NCBI GenBank assembly: GCA_964493435.1
Contig: CAZBMB010000005.1
Span: forward strand, 3,182 to 67,181
DNA: 64,000 bases
Source of the DNA: an uncultured Dehalococcoidaceae bacterium
Lineage (GTDB): Bacteria > Chloroflexota > Dehalococcoidia > Dehalococcoidales > RBG-16-60-22
Direction of reading: 5' to 3'
Below, piece by piece: positions 18,062-28,058 of this stretch (its first letter is position 1; every line of letters starts with the position of its first letter). The translations under genes were made by a program, and so were the position numbers. The notes under the pieces were generated by a model, which searched no databases, was not told the DNA's origin, and worked only from the letters and a program-made list of their open reading frames with translations.

Positions 18062-20239
18062 TTACACCAATTCCTTCAGCAGGGCACGCACCTCATCCGG
18101 TGAATCTAGGCTGAATTTGGCCGCCGAAACGCCGGGCCTGACCTTGATGGACCAAGCATTTTCCGGTATAACTTTGAACAGGTCTTCATCGGTGACATCA
18201 TCGCCGATGGCCAGGACAAAGTCCCAGCCCTGTCGAGAGAGCCACTGCTGCGCCGTTGTCCCTTTATTCAGGTTGGCACTTTTTACCTCAATAACCTTGC
18301 TTCCCTCCAGTACCCTCAGATTGGAGTTGGCAGTTAGATTGAAAAGGTCGTTGGCTATCTCCCGGATGTGCCGTTCGCTTATCCTCGGGTCCGCCTGGCG
18401 GTAATGCCAGGCGATAGAGTAGTCTTTCTCCTCAATGAGTGAACCTTCAATACGGTCCACCGCCAGTTGCAGGATAGCACGTGCTTCGTCCTTCCATTTG
18501 TTCGAGAGACCAGCCATCATATTCCAGTCACCATTTTTAGCCTTCATCCATGCACCATGCTCGGCTACCATGCCCGTCTTCAGGCTGCCAAACCACTTGT
18601 CCAGCGTGTTTTTATCCCGACCGCTGATGAGCACGACCTCATTTTTAGCATTGTTATTCAGCCCACCCAGCAGCTTCAGTAACTCCGCGTCTGGTTTGGC
18701 CTCTTGCGGTGTTTTGGCGAAAGGCACCAGCGTACCATCATAGTCCAGCAAAAACAACCTTTTCCGGGCTTTCTGGAATTGATTCACCAGCGCATTTTTC
18801 GCTTTGTTAGACATTGCTCCCGGAATAGTGCCGGCTTCCGCTTTTACCGTCTCATACAGCTTATCAATAAAGTCGCCGGCCCAGCGGCTGACGTCGTAGC
18901 GCTTTATTATCTCCTGCATGGCCCGGTTGCGCTCAATCTGCTCTTTTTCTGGCATCGCCAGGGCGTCAGCAAAGGCCTGGGCGATTTCCCCAATGTTATT
19001 GGGGTTTATCATGATGGCGTCCCCCAGCTCCCGGGCAGCGCCGGTCGTCTCACTGAGAATGAGGACACCTTTGCCATCCACCTTTGTCGCCAGAAACTCT
19101 TTCGCCACTAAATTCATGCCGTCTCGCACCGGAGTTATAGGACAGACGTCCGCCATCTTATACATGCCCAGCAGTGCGTGATAGGGTATCGGATTGTAAA
19201 TATACACCAGAGGCGTCCAGCCAATGATGCCAAACCGCCCGTTTATAGTGCCAACCGTCTCCTCTATCTGCCGCTTCAAATCGGCGTACCGCTGCACCTG
19301 GATACGGGAAGGCCCGATAACCAGAATGAATACCACTTTTTCGCGATACTCGGGGTGTTTTTCCAGAAAGAGCCCGTATGCCTCCAGTCGATTTGGAATG
19401 CCTTTGCTGTAGTCCAGGCGATCCACCGAAACAATTACCTTACGGTCGCCCAGTTTCTGCTTGAATTTTTTTACTTCCGCATCCACTTCCGGGCTCTTGG
19501 CGATGCTGGAGTAATACTCATAGCCAATGCCGATGGGGAAAACATCCGCTTTGGACACGTGGTCGGGGGTTTTGACCCAGCCCATGGAACTGTCATAGCC
19601 CAGCAGGTTCCGGGTACTGTCCAGAAAATGCCAGACATAGTCGTGGGTATGAAAGCCGACCAGATTGGCGCCGAGCAATCCCTCTAGTATTTCCCGCCCC
19701 CAAGGCAGCAGACGGTAGACCTCGTATGACGGGAATGGTATATGAAGGAAAAAGCCAATGGCTGCTTTGGGCAGCCGTTCCCGTAACAGCTTGGGGAGGA
19801 GCATGAAGTGGTAGTCCTGCACCCAGATAATATCATCTTCTTTGGCCACACCAACGATGGCATCGGCAAAAATCTCGTTAACGCGCTGATATGCCTGCCA
19901 CAGGCTGGGGTCATACTCCACGTATTGCGGGAAGTAATGGAAGAGAGGCCAGATAGACTGGTTGCAGAATCCGAAATAAAAATCGTCCACGTCTTTTCCC
20001 GAGAGGAACACCGGATAGCATTTTTCCTCAGCTAGTTTATCTTCAATCTCTTTCTCTTCGCCTTTTTGCAATTTCTCCTGCTCTATGCCTGGCCACCCAA
20101 TCCAGAGGCTTGGGCGCGATTTGTAGAACACGCCCAGTGCGGTCGCCAGCCCACCAAGGCTTGGCTGGAAATTCAACTTGCCATCTTTCCTCTCAGCATT
20201 CAGGGGTAAACGATTGGAAATAATCAACAGTCTTGACAT
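18062..20239 (-). CDS. otsAB: bifunctional trehalose-6-phosphate synthase/phosphatase (OtsA-OtsB fusion)
   Basis: GT20 motifs QDYH, VDRLDYSKGI and DGMNLVAKE plus HAD motifs DYDGT and GDDVTDED. Confidence 0.95.
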   Translation of the reverse strand: MSRLLIISNRLPLNAERKDGKLNFQPSLGGLATALGVFYKSRPSLWIGWPGIEQEKLQKGEEKEIEDKLAEEKCYPVFLSGKDVDDFYFGFCNQSIWPLFHYFPQYVEYDPSLWQAYQRVNEIFADAIVGVAKEDDIIWVQDYHFMLLPKLLRERLPKAAIGFFLHIPFPSYEVYRLLPWGREILEGLLGANLVGFHTHDYVWHFLDSTRNLLGYDSSMGWVKTPDHVSKADVFPIGIGYEYYSSIAKSPEVDAEVKKFKQKLGDRKVIVSVDRLDYSKGIPNRLEAYGLFLEKHPEYREKVVFILVIGPSRIQVQRYADLKRQIEETVGTINGRFGIIGWTPLVYIYNPIPYHALLGMYKMADVCPITPVRDGMNLVAKEFLATKVDGKGVLILSETTGAARELGDAIMINPNNIGEIAQAFADALAMPEKEQIERNRAMQEIIKRYDVSRWAGDFIDKLYETVKAEAGTIPGAMSNKAKNALVNQFQKARKRLFLLDYDGTLVPFAKTPQEAKPDAELLKLLGGLNNNAKNEVVLISGRDKNTLDKWFGSLKTGMVAEHGAWMKAKNGDWNMMAGLSNKWKDEARAILQLAVDRIEGSLIEEKDYSIAWHYRQADPRISERHIREIANDLFNLTANSNLRVLEGSKVIEVKSANLNKGTTAQQWLSRQGWDFVLAIGDDVTDEDLFKVIPENAWSIKVRPGVSAAKFSLDSPDEVRALLKELV

Positions 20240-20407
20240 GGAGTCCCTCCCTCAGCGTCTTTAATCAAATATTAATAGCATAATCCGACCGATTTTACAA
20301 TGGAAAGCCAGTTCGGAATCCTTGAATTCTGCTGGCTATCAATCCAGATTGACAGAACTCACGCTATGGTTGAAAATTAAATAGAAAAAGAACTGAAGTA
20401 GGGGAAG

Positions 20408-20926
20408 ATGAATACGAAAGCTTTACATAAAATTAGCTACGGGCTTTATGTGGTAACCTCAATAAAGGGCGCTCGCTTGAACGGCCAGATTGCCAATACG
20501 GTAGTTCAAGTCACCTCTGAACCACCGGCCATTGCTGTGAGCATCAACCACAGCAATTTGACCTGGGAATACATCAAATCAAGTCGGTTATTTGCCGTGT
20601 CGGTTCTCTGCGAGGATACACCGATGATATTTATCGGGCGTTTCGGTTTCCGCTCGGGCAGGGATACGGATAAATTCAAAGGGATTGATTACCGGATAGG
20701 CATCACCGGCGCCCCGATTGTTTTGGAAAATGCTGTTGTCTTTATGGAAGTCAGGGTAACCCAGGAGATAGATGTAGGCACGCATACTATTTTCGTTGGC
20801 GAACTGGTTGATGCCGATATCGTTGCCGATAAGACCTGCCTGACTTATGAGCACTACCACCAGATAAAAGGTGGCAAGACACCTAAGGCGGCAGCAACAT
20901 ACATTGCAGGGACGAAAGGTGAGTAA
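20408..20926 (+). CDS. flavin reductase-family protein (Hrb N-terminal-domain-like)
   Basis: SYGLYVVT, VTSEPP, FGFRSGRDTDKF and GTHTIFVGE motifs. Confidence 0.88.
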   Translation: MNTKALHKISYGLYVVTSIKGARLNGQIANTVVQVTSEPPAIAVSINHSNLTWEYIKSSRLFAVSVLCEDTPMIFIGRFGFRSGRDTDKFKGIDYRIGITGAPIVLENAVVFMEVRVTQEIDVGTHTIFVGELVDADIVADKTCLTYEHYHQIKGGKTPKAAATYIAGTKGE

Positions 20927-21923
20927 AGGCAAATCAATCACCAAAGCGCCTCTGGTACTCGGAGTTGACCTGGGTGGGAGCAAGATATTAACCGCCGTAG
21001 TCAATAGGCAAGGCAAAATAGTGTCGCGCGACCACAGCATCACGCCGGCGGCCAGAGGGCCGGATGCCGTAATCAAGGCCATGCTTGAATCCATAGCCAG
21101 AGCGCTGAGCCAGGCCAGCTTAACGGCGACTCAACTTGAAGCCATAAGCATTGGAGCCCCCGGTCTTTCCAATCCGGAAACGGGAGTTGTTTTCACCTCG
21201 CCGCACCTGCCTGGGTGGAAGGGCGTTCCGCTGAAGCAGATAATAGAAGATGAAATGGGCGTGAAAACACTGCTTATTAATGACGCCAATGCCGCCGCCC
21301 TGGGCGAAATGTACTTCGGGGCGGCGAAAGGCGCCCGCAACTTCATTTACGTCACCCTCAGCACCGGCATCGGCGGGGGTATAATGGTTGACGGGGAGAT
21401 ATATGCTGGTTCCCTGGGGACCGCTGGCGAAATCGGCCACATGACCATTGATACCAACGGCCCCAGATGCAGCTGCGGCAACACCGGCTGCTGGGAAACG
21501 CTGGCTTCAGGCACGGCGCTGGCCAGAGAAACCAGGCAGCGAATTGCCGCCGGCGCTAAGACATCGATTCTGGAACACACCGATGGCGATATTGATAAAG
21601 TGGATGCCGAGGCGGTGCATGAAGCGGCCCAACGGGGAGATGCGCTGGCAAAGGAGCTTATCGCCCAAATCAGCTATTATGTCGGGGTTGGTTTAACCAA
21701 CCTGATAAATATCTTCAACCCCGAGATGATTGTTGTCGGCGGCGGCCTGTCCAATATTGGCGATATGCTGCTTGAACCTGCGTACAGGCTGGCCGGAGAG
21801 AGGGCATACCAGGCATCTTTTGATTCCGTCAGGTTTGCCCGTGCCGAATTGGGTAGAGACTCGGGAGTTATCGGCGCTGCCGCTTATGCCTTTCGGGAAA
21901 TAGAGAGGGCAAAAAGGAACTGA
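20919..21923 (+). CDS. glk: ROK-family glucokinase
   Basis: GVDLGGSK, NDANAAALGE, TGIGGG and EIGH..CSCGNTGCWE motifs; GTG start at 20919. Confidence 0.88.
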   Translation: MSKGKSITKAPLVLGVDLGGSKILTAVVNRQGKIVSRDHSITPAARGPDAVIKAMLESIARALSQASLTATQLEAISIGAPGLSNPETGVVFTSPHLPGWKGVPLKQIIEDEMGVKTLLINDANAAALGEMYFGAAKGARNFIYVTLSTGIGGGIMVDGEIYAGSLGTAGEIGHMTIDTNGPRCSCGNTGCWETLASGTALARETRQRIAAGAKTSILEHTDGDIDKVDAEAVHEAAQRGDALAKELIAQISYYVGVGLTNLINIFNPEMIVVGGGLSNIGDMLLEPAYRLAGERAYQASFDSVRFARAELGRDSGVIGAAAYAFREIERAKRN

Positions 21924-21925
21924 AA

Positions 21926-23362
21926 ATGAAACGTACCGCACCTTCCAAGCGACGTACCAAAATAGTATGCACCATCGGGCCATCAACAGGTACGGCATTG
22001 GCCATCGAGCGCCTTATCCTTGCCGGCATGAATATCGCCCGCCTTAACCTGTCTCATGGCACACGCCGCGAACACAGTCGGTATATTCAGACAATCAGGC
22101 GGATAAGCCAGCGACTGGGCACGGATGTCGCCATTCTTATGGACCTGCCCGGGCCCAAATACCGTACCGGCAAACTAAAAGATGGCCAGGTCCTGTTAAA
22201 AAATCGGTCGCAGGTGCTGCTGACCACAAGACAGGTAACGGGGGGTGCGGGGCTAGTACCGGTAAACCTGCCCGGTCTTTCTAGAGATGTAAAAAAGGGA
22301 GACTTGGTGCTGCTTGATGACGGTGCCATGCAGCTTAAAGTGCTGGAGATAAAAGACACCGATGTTATATGTCGGGTTATCGCCGGTGGGATGCTCACCG
22401 AGGGGAGGGGGGTGGTGGTCCCCGGCATGCGGACTGCAGGACCATTCGTTACCGACTCGCTGCAGGATAACCTTCTCTTCGCTATCAGTAAGCAGCCCGA
22501 TTATCTGGCCCTTTCCTTTGTCAGCAGCGCTGACGACGTGAAGGCGGTCAAAGACATACTGCGTAAAAACAATGCTGATATTCCGATTATCGCCAAGATA
22601 GAACGGGGAGATGCTGTCAGCGCATTCGACAATATACTGGCGGAAAGTGACAGTATTATGGTGGCACGCGGTGACCTGGGGGTGGACATACCACTGGAGC
22701 GCGTGCCAATGGTGCAGAAGGAGACCATCCGGAAGTGCAACCTTGCCGGCAAGCCGGTTATTATCGCCACACAGATGCTTGAATCGATGATAAACACGGC
22801 ACGCCCCACCAGAGCCGAAGTGACCGACATCGCCAACGCCATTTTTGATGGCGCTGACGCCACCATGCTCTCTGCGGAAACTTCAATCGGTAGGTATCCG
22901 ATACCGGCAATCACCATCATGGCCAGAATCGCTGTGGAAGCGGAAAGTAAATTGCCCTATGACCAGATACTGCTGGAAAGAGGCCAGCATCTGGAACACA
23001 AGACCGATGAGCTTATCAGCTACAGTGCCTGCCATACCGCTTACAGCCTGAAAGCCAGGGCCATCGTCGCTTTTACCCGGTCGGGCAGCACCGCGGGAAG
23101 AGTCTCCAAGTATCGCCCCAGAACGCCCATCCTGGCGATTACTCCGGACAGCAATGTATGCCGCCGGCTGCTGCTGCGCTGGGGCGTTCACCCCATAAAG
23201 ATACCGGAACAGAAATCCATAGATGAGCTTTTCGCCAGTGGAGTGCGGCTGGTCAAAGAACTGAAACTGGCCAGAGCTGGCGACCTAGTTGTCATCACGG
23301 GGGGCATACCGATAGGCGTGGCTGGCTCCACCAACCTGCTCAAGGTGGAAAAAGTAACCTGA
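21926..23362 (+). CDS. pyk: pyruvate kinase
   Basis: TKIVCTIGPS, ARLNLSHG, IIAKIE, MVARGDLG and ATQMLESM motifs. Confidence 0.96.
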   Translation: MKRTAPSKRRTKIVCTIGPSTGTALAIERLILAGMNIARLNLSHGTRREHSRYIQTIRRISQRLGTDVAILMDLPGPKYRTGKLKDGQVLLKNRSQVLLTTRQVTGGAGLVPVNLPGLSRDVKKGDLVLLDDGAMQLKVLEIKDTDVICRVIAGGMLTEGRGVVVPGMRTAGPFVTDSLQDNLLFAISKQPDYLALSFVSSADDVKAVKDILRKNNADIPIIAKIERGDAVSAFDNILAESDSIMVARGDLGVDIPLERVPMVQKETIRKCNLAGKPVIIATQMLESMINTARPTRAEVTDIANAIFDGADATMLSAETSIGRYPIPAITIMARIAVEAESKLPYDQILLERGQHLEHKTDELISYSACHTAYSLKARAIVAFTRSGSTAGRVSKYRPRTPILAITPDSNVCRRLLLRWGVHPIKIPEQKSIDELFASGVRLVKELKLARAGDLVVITGGIPIGVAGSTNLLKVEKVT

Positions 23363-23387
23363 AACCTGAACACACCTGCTTTGCCGT

Positions 23388-24137
23388 TCAGGATTTGGCC
23401 TTCCCCTGCCTGGCTACCGCATCCATAGCCTTTGCCACCTCTGCTGGGTCTCCCAGATAGTAGTTTTTAAGCGGCTTCAAGTCTTCGTCCAGTTCATAGA
23501 CAAGCGGTATGCCGGTGGGAATATTCAGCCTGACAATTTCGTCATCGCTGATATGATCAAGGTATTTGACCAGTGCCCGCAGGCTGTTGCCATGGGCCGA
23601 TATAATCGTCCGCCGCCCTGATTTGACCATCGGTGCCAGCACCTCGTGCCAGTAGGGGAGAAAACGCTCAACCGTGTCTTTCAGGCACTCCGTGAGCGGT
23701 ATATCTTTCTCATTCAGGCCAGCGTATATCGGGTCGTTTCCAGGATAACGTGGGTCCGTTTTTTTCAAACCCGGTGGTCTGACATCGTAGCTCCGTCGCC
23801 ATATCAGGACCTGTGCCTCGCTGTATTTAGCCGCCGTTTCCGCTTTATTCAGGCCCTGAAGGGCACCGTAATGCCTCTCGTTGAGTCTCCAGGAGCGGTA
23901 CACCGGTATCCACATCAGGTCCATCTCGTCAAGGACGAGCCACAGCGTGCGTATGGCCCGTTTCAGCACTGAGGTAAAGGCAACATCAAAAGTGAAACCC
24001 TTCTCCTTGAGGAGACGGCCAGCTTTTCTGGCTTCCTCAATGCCCTTTCGGGAAAGGTCGACGTCCGTCCAGCCGGTGAACCGGTTTTCCTTGTTCCAGG
24101 TGCTCTCACCATGTCGCAGGAGCACGAGTTTAATCAC
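23388..24137 (-). CDS. gpmA: 2,3-bisphosphoglycerate-dependent phosphoglycerate mutase
   Basis: [22 protein letters not shown] and AHGNSLR motifs. Confidence 0.97.
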   Translation of the reverse strand: MIKLVLLRHGESTWNKENRFTGWTDVDLSRKGIEEARKAGRLLKEKGFTFDVAFTSVLKRAIRTLWLVLDEMDLMWIPVYRSWRLNERHYGALQGLNKAETAAKYSEAQVLIWRRSYDVRPPGLKKTDPRYPGNDPIYAGLNEKDIPLTECLKDTVERFLPYWHEVLAPMVKSGRRTIISAHGNSLRALVKYLDHISDDEIVRLNIPTGIPLVYELDEDLKPLKNYYLGDPAEVAKAMDAVARQGKAKS

Positions 24138-24209
24138 GTGACATACCTCCTGAAAAGGCGCCTCTTTATTATATCACACGTGAGCCCAGCAAAATTACGG
24201 CCACGCCTT

Positions 24210-25316
24210 TTATTTCAGCACCCTGGTCTGTTTGTTTTTCACCAGCTTCCAGTCAATCTCATAGCCAAGCCCGGGTTTCTCCGGGGCGTGCACCAGGCCC
24301 TGACGGTCAACCTCAATGTCCTGAACCAGCCCGTATTTCTGGGCCATCGCCGGGAGCAGAACTTCAAAGTACTCGCAATTGTTCACTGCCATGGTCACAT
24401 GCAGGTTAGCCACGTTATTCATCGAATTGCCACCGTGATGAATCTCGCAGTTCATGCGGAAAGCCTCGGCCAGATGGCAGATTTTCACCAGCGCCGTGAT
24501 ACCGCCCTTGACCTTGACGTCGCCGCGCAGCATATCGGTTGCCCCCTGAAGGACGAACTGCGCCAGCCCGTAGAGTCCCCCCGGCGTGTATTCCGTGGCG
24601 AGAATGGGGATATCCAGTTTCTGTCTGAGCTTGGCGAGGTTATAAATGTCATCCTCGGGCAGCGGGTCCTCATACCAGTAGAAGCCTAGCTCCTCGATGG
24701 CACGCCCCACCCTTACCGCGTCCTCGTACCCGTAGGACCAGCAGGAATCAAGCATGAGCACCATATCATCCCCGACAGCTTTGCGGACGGCCCGGCTGAT
24801 TCCAATATCCTCATCAGGCTTGGCATGTGGATGAATCTTGTAGGCCTTCCATCCCTGCGATTTATAGTACTTCGCCTCCTCGGCATAGCCTTGGGCATCA
24901 GGCATAAAGGCAGAGCTGGCATATGCCGGCACGCTCTCGCGGCAGGTGCCAAGCAGGCGGTGTATCGGCAGGTTAGCTACCTTGCCAGCTATATCCCAGA
25001 GGGCGATATCCAGGGCACCGATAGCGGCAAGAGAGGCAAACCGATTGCAGCGCCATAATGCGTGCCAGAGGCGGCCAATATCCAGGGGGTTCTGACCGAT
25101 GAGAACTGGCTTCAGGAAGGTGAGCAATGGCCCGGCGAAATCAGCGGCGCTGCTCATGGTTGAACCCAGGAAAGAGTAGCCTTCTACTCCTTCGTCGGTG
25201 CTGACGGTGACGACGGCAAGCTCCTTGTCACCACCGAAAGCCACCGGCTGCCCGGGATAGCTGCCTTTTGATATGCTCCATGCTACCATGGTCAGAGTTA
25301 CATCGGTAATTTTCAT
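24210..25316 (-). CDS. mandelate racemase/muconate lactonising enzyme-family protein (enolase superfamily)
   Basis: AIGALDIALWDIAGK, YKIH, metal ligands MLD/WYEDP/ATEY and EIHH. Confidence 0.88.
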   Translation of the reverse strand: MKITDVTLTMVAWSISKGSYPGQPVAFGGDKELAVVTVSTDEGVEGYSFLGSTMSSAADFAGPLLTFLKPVLIGQNPLDIGRLWHALWRCNRFASLAAIGALDIALWDIAGKVANLPIHRLLGTCRESVPAYASSAFMPDAQGYAEEAKYYKSQGWKAYKIHPHAKPDEDIGISRAVRKAVGDDMVLMLDSCWSYGYEDAVRVGRAIEELGFYWYEDPLPEDDIYNLAKLRQKLDIPILATEYTPGGLYGLAQFVLQGATDMLRGDVKVKGGITALVKICHLAEAFRMNCEIHHGGNSMNNVANLHVTMAVNNCEYFEVLLPAMAQKYGLVQDIEVDRQGLVHAPEKPGLGYEIDWKLVKNKQTRVLK

Positions 25317-25329
25317 CCAATCCTCCTTA

Positions 25330-25358
25330 TAGACGCCTTTCAGCGATTATAGTATAAT
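25330..25358 (+). promoter_or_regulatory. sigma70-type promoter of tRNA-Gly
   Basis: TAGACG, 17 bp, TATAAT. Confidence 0.6.
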
Positions 25359-25369
25359 CAGACCGATAT

Positions 25370-25445
25370 GCGGGAGTAACTCAGCTGGCAGAGTCCCTGC
25401 CTTCCAAGCAGGTTGTCGCGGGTTCGAGTCCCGTCTCCCGCTCCA
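25370..25445 (+). tRNA. tRNA-Gly(TCC)
   Basis: GCGGGAG/CTCCCGC acceptor, CCTGC-CTTCCAA-GCAGG anticodon arm, encoded CCA. Confidence 0.96.
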
Positions 25446-25457
25446 CAAAATCTCTGG

Positions 25458-25892
25458 TTAATACCAGCTTTTAATGTCACCGCAGTTAAAGCATTTTTTA
25501 TTGTGTATAGATATCAGGTCGCCGCAGCGCTGGCAAACATATTTCTGGTGTTGCTTTTTGAGAAATACATCCAGACCGTTTTCTCTGATTTCAATCAGGT
25601 TCTCAATCATGCTCATATTGAATCCACGCCGGTAGCGATTATCAAGGCGCTCTAGCGATTCACAGGGGAAACAATCGCATTCAAAGCAGAAATTCACCTC
25701 ACCGCGTAATAACTTCAGATTATCGACACAGCGCTTTTTCAGAAAGGCACATTGCTTGTTTCTGGGCCTACAGCCCCGGCAGTGTGCCATCATCCCTTTG
25801 AATCGGGGCTGGTTCTTGTGCGCCAGATAACCGCTGCATATAGCGCAGTTCATACCGCAGGGAGCGATCAGCTGAGGGTCAATCATCTGCAT
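25458..25892 (-). CDS. cysteine-rich protein, DUF3795-like
   Basis: APCGMNCAIC, CRGCR, FCFECDCFPC and C-terminal CQRC...CFNC. Confidence 0.8.
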   Translation of the reverse strand: MQMIDPQLIAPCGMNCAICSGYLAHKNQPRFKGMMAHCRGCRPRNKQCAFLKKRCVDNLKLLRGEVNFCFECDCFPCESLERLDNRYRRGFNMSMIENLIEIRENGLDVFLKKQHQKYVCQRCGDLISIHNKKCFNCGDIKSWY

Positions 25893-25894
25893 GC

Positions 25895-26650
25895 TTATTT
25901 AGGTCGGCGAACCGAGGTTGATACCCCGAACAAAGGGTTGCTGCGTCCGAAGGCGTCAATAGCGGTGCCAGTTACGGCCCGGCTCTCATCAGAAGCCAGG
26001 AATACCGCCACCGCAGCGATATCTGACGGAGGCATCATGTGTTCTGGCAGTTTACCCTCGGTGATTTCGCGGAGCATATCTGTTTCCACCGCCCCGGGGC
26101 ATATTGCATTCACGTCGATGTTAAGGTCTTTTACCTCCGCGGCAAGACAATAAGTGAAGTTAATGACAGCTGCTTTAGAAGGCCTATAAGGAGTCCTGCC
26201 GGCAGCGCCAATCCGCCCGCCGATTGAGGCGATATTGATTATTTTACCCGACCGCCGTGTCATCATCTGTGGCAGCACGGCACGGCAGCAAAGAAACGTG
26301 CCCGTTAAGTTAACCCCGATTATCCAGTTCCATTCGTCCAGGCTCAACTCAGTTACTGCCCGGTAGGGCAGGTTTACCGCAGCGCTGTTGACCAGGATAT
26401 CCACGCGTTGAAACTTGTCGGTCGCTAGTTTCACCATTCTGGTAACATCGGCTTCGCTGGCCACATCAGCCTGAATACTGAGCGCCGAGCCACCACCTTT
26501 TGAAATCTGGGTCGCTACCTCTTCGCAGCGGTCTTTGTTTCTGCCGGCGATGGCGACTTTGGCGCCCTCTTCGGCAAACGCCAAGGCAATCGCTCGTCCT
26601 ATACCCCGGCTCCCTCCCGCTACCAGAGCAACCTTATCAGCTAATCTCAT
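25895..26650 (-). CDS. short-chain dehydrogenase/reductase
   Basis: GGSRGIG, NIAS and YRPSK (YxxxK) motifs. Confidence 0.92.
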   Translation of the reverse strand: MRLADKVALVAGGSRGIGRAIALAFAEEGAKVAIAGRNKDRCEEVATQISKGGGSALSIQADVASEADVTRMVKLATDKFQRVDILVNSAAVNLPYRAVTELSLDEWNWIIGVNLTGTFLCCRAVLPQMMTRRSGKIINIASIGGRIGAAGRTPYRPSKAAVINFTYCLAAEVKDLNIDVNAICPGAVETDMLREITEGKLPEHMMPPSDIAAVAVFLASDESRAVTGTAIDAFGRSNPLFGVSTSVRRPK

Positions 26651-26698
26651 TATTGACCTCCTTTTCTATTATATGTTTTTCTTGTCGTTCAACTATCG

Positions 26699-27757
26699 TT
26701 ACCCGGTTGAATCTGTACAGTGAGGAGGCACCACGCGGTCAATCACTCGCTCCCTGGGTTGAATTTCAGTGTCATTGCCGACCACGCATTTCCGGAGCAC
26801 GGCACCTTTTCCAATCGTTACACCATGCCAGAGCACCGCGTCTTCCAGAATCGCTCCGTCGCCAATAGAGCAATCCGTGCCGATAACAACAGGGCCCTTT
26901 AAGCGCACCTGCTGGCCGATATGGCTTCCGCTGGCAACAACCGCGGGGCCGCTTATCTGTGCCGAGGGGTCGATGGCGGCGTCTTCTGCGCAATAGAGTC
27001 CGTTTTCGCCCGGTGTGCCAATGAAGGCTGGTTTATCATCTGATAGTAAGAGGTCGCAGTTCAGGTATAGATACTTCTCCGGCGTTCCCATATCAAGCCA
27101 CCGGCCGCGAAACTGGTATCCACACAGATTTCTTCCAAGCTCATGAAGGTGTGGGAAAAGTCCTCTTTCAAACATATAATGTGTCTTCGCCGGCACCTGC
27201 TCCAGGACTTCCGGTTCAAGAAGATAAACACCAGCATTAATCCAGTTGGTGGTCACCTCATCCGGCGCGGGCTTTTCAATAAACCGCTGTACCTTGCCAT
27301 CCTCGGTCGTTTCTACGACGCCAAAGGCACAGGGGTTATCCACCCAGGTGAGTGCAATCGTTGCCGTTGCCTTTTTCTCCCGGTGGAAGGCTAACATAGC
27401 TGCCATATCAAGGTCGGTGAAAATATCACCATTGAGGACGGCAAACGTACTATCCAGATATTGTTCAGTATTTTTCACCGCCCCGGCAGTGCCCAGCGGG
27501 CTGTCTTCGATAGTGTAGTGCAATCGCACGCCAAACAGTCGGCCATCGCCGAAATAGTCTTTAATGGCGTCCGGCAAGTAACTTAAGGCCAGTATTATCT
27601 CTGTGATGCCGTACTTTGCAAGGTAGTTTATGGTGTGCTCCAGGAATGGCCGATTCAGCACCGGCAGCATTGGCTTGGGCATACCGTTGGTGAGCGGTCT
27701 CAGCCTTGTCCCCTCACCGCCAACGAGGATAACCGCTTTGCGTAGTGGTTTTTGCAA
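26699..27757 (-). CDS. NDP-sugar pyrophosphorylase (mannose-1-phosphate guanylyltransferase-like)
   Basis: AVILVGGEGTRLRPLT, PLGTAG, LNGD, FIEKP and DMGTP motifs, C-terminal hexapeptide region. Start uncertain (TTG 27757 chosen; the ORF track extends to 27952). Confidence 0.85.
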   Translation of the reverse strand: MQKPLRKAVILVGGEGTRLRPLTNGMPKPMLPVLNRPFLEHTINYLAKYGITEIILALSYLPDAIKDYFGDGRLFGVRLHYTIEDSPLGTAGAVKNTEQYLDSTFAVLNGDIFTDLDMAAMLAFHREKKATATIALTWVDNPCAFGVVETTEDGKVQRFIEKPAPDEVTTNWINAGVYLLEPEVLEQVPAKTHYMFERGLFPHLHELGRNLCGYQFRGRWLDMGTPEKYLYLNCDLLLSDDKPAFIGTPGENGLYCAEDAAIDPSAQISGPAVVASGSHIGQQVRLKGPVVIGTDCSIGDGAILEDAVLWHGVTIGKGAVLRKCVVGNDTEIQPRERVIDRVVPPHCTDSTG

Positions 27758-27850
27758 CTCAGTAGCATCCGGCTGATATTTTCCCTTTAGATTACTATGA
27801 GACGCAACGCCAGTCAAGTTGATTCCAAAATATAACCACAGGGGTTTGCC

Positions 27851-27880
27851 TTGACAGTCAGCGAAAAGGCGACTTAAAAT
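27851..27880 (+). promoter_or_regulatory. sigma70-type promoter of tRNA(CAT)
   Basis: TTGACA, 18 bp, TAAAAT. Confidence 0.55.
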
Positions 27881-27983
27881 AAACCTAGCGTTGTCGGCTA
27901 TTTCAGCCTGTGAAATATAGAGCCGAATCATTTGTTGAGGCCGGGTGTTCAATATCTCGGATATCGGATAAAAAATTTACCAC

Positions 27984-28058
27984 GGGCTCGTAGCTCAGTG
28001 GCAGAGCTGGCGGCTCATAACCGCTCGGTCGCAGGTTCGAATCCTGCCGAGCCCACCA
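27984..28058 (+). tRNA. tRNA with CAT anticodon, probably tRNA-Ile2 (lysidine) rather than Met
   Basis: GGGCTCG/CGAGCCC acceptor (paired G1-C72, so not initiator), arm GGCGG-CTCATAA-CCGCT resembling Ile2 tRNAs, encoded CCA. Ile versus Met identity is inference. Confidence 0.9.

Noticed and set aside
27758-27952. N-terminal extension of the NDP-sugar pyrophosphorylase
   Set aside because: Runs through the tRNA promoter and leader; family motif begins at KAVILVGG
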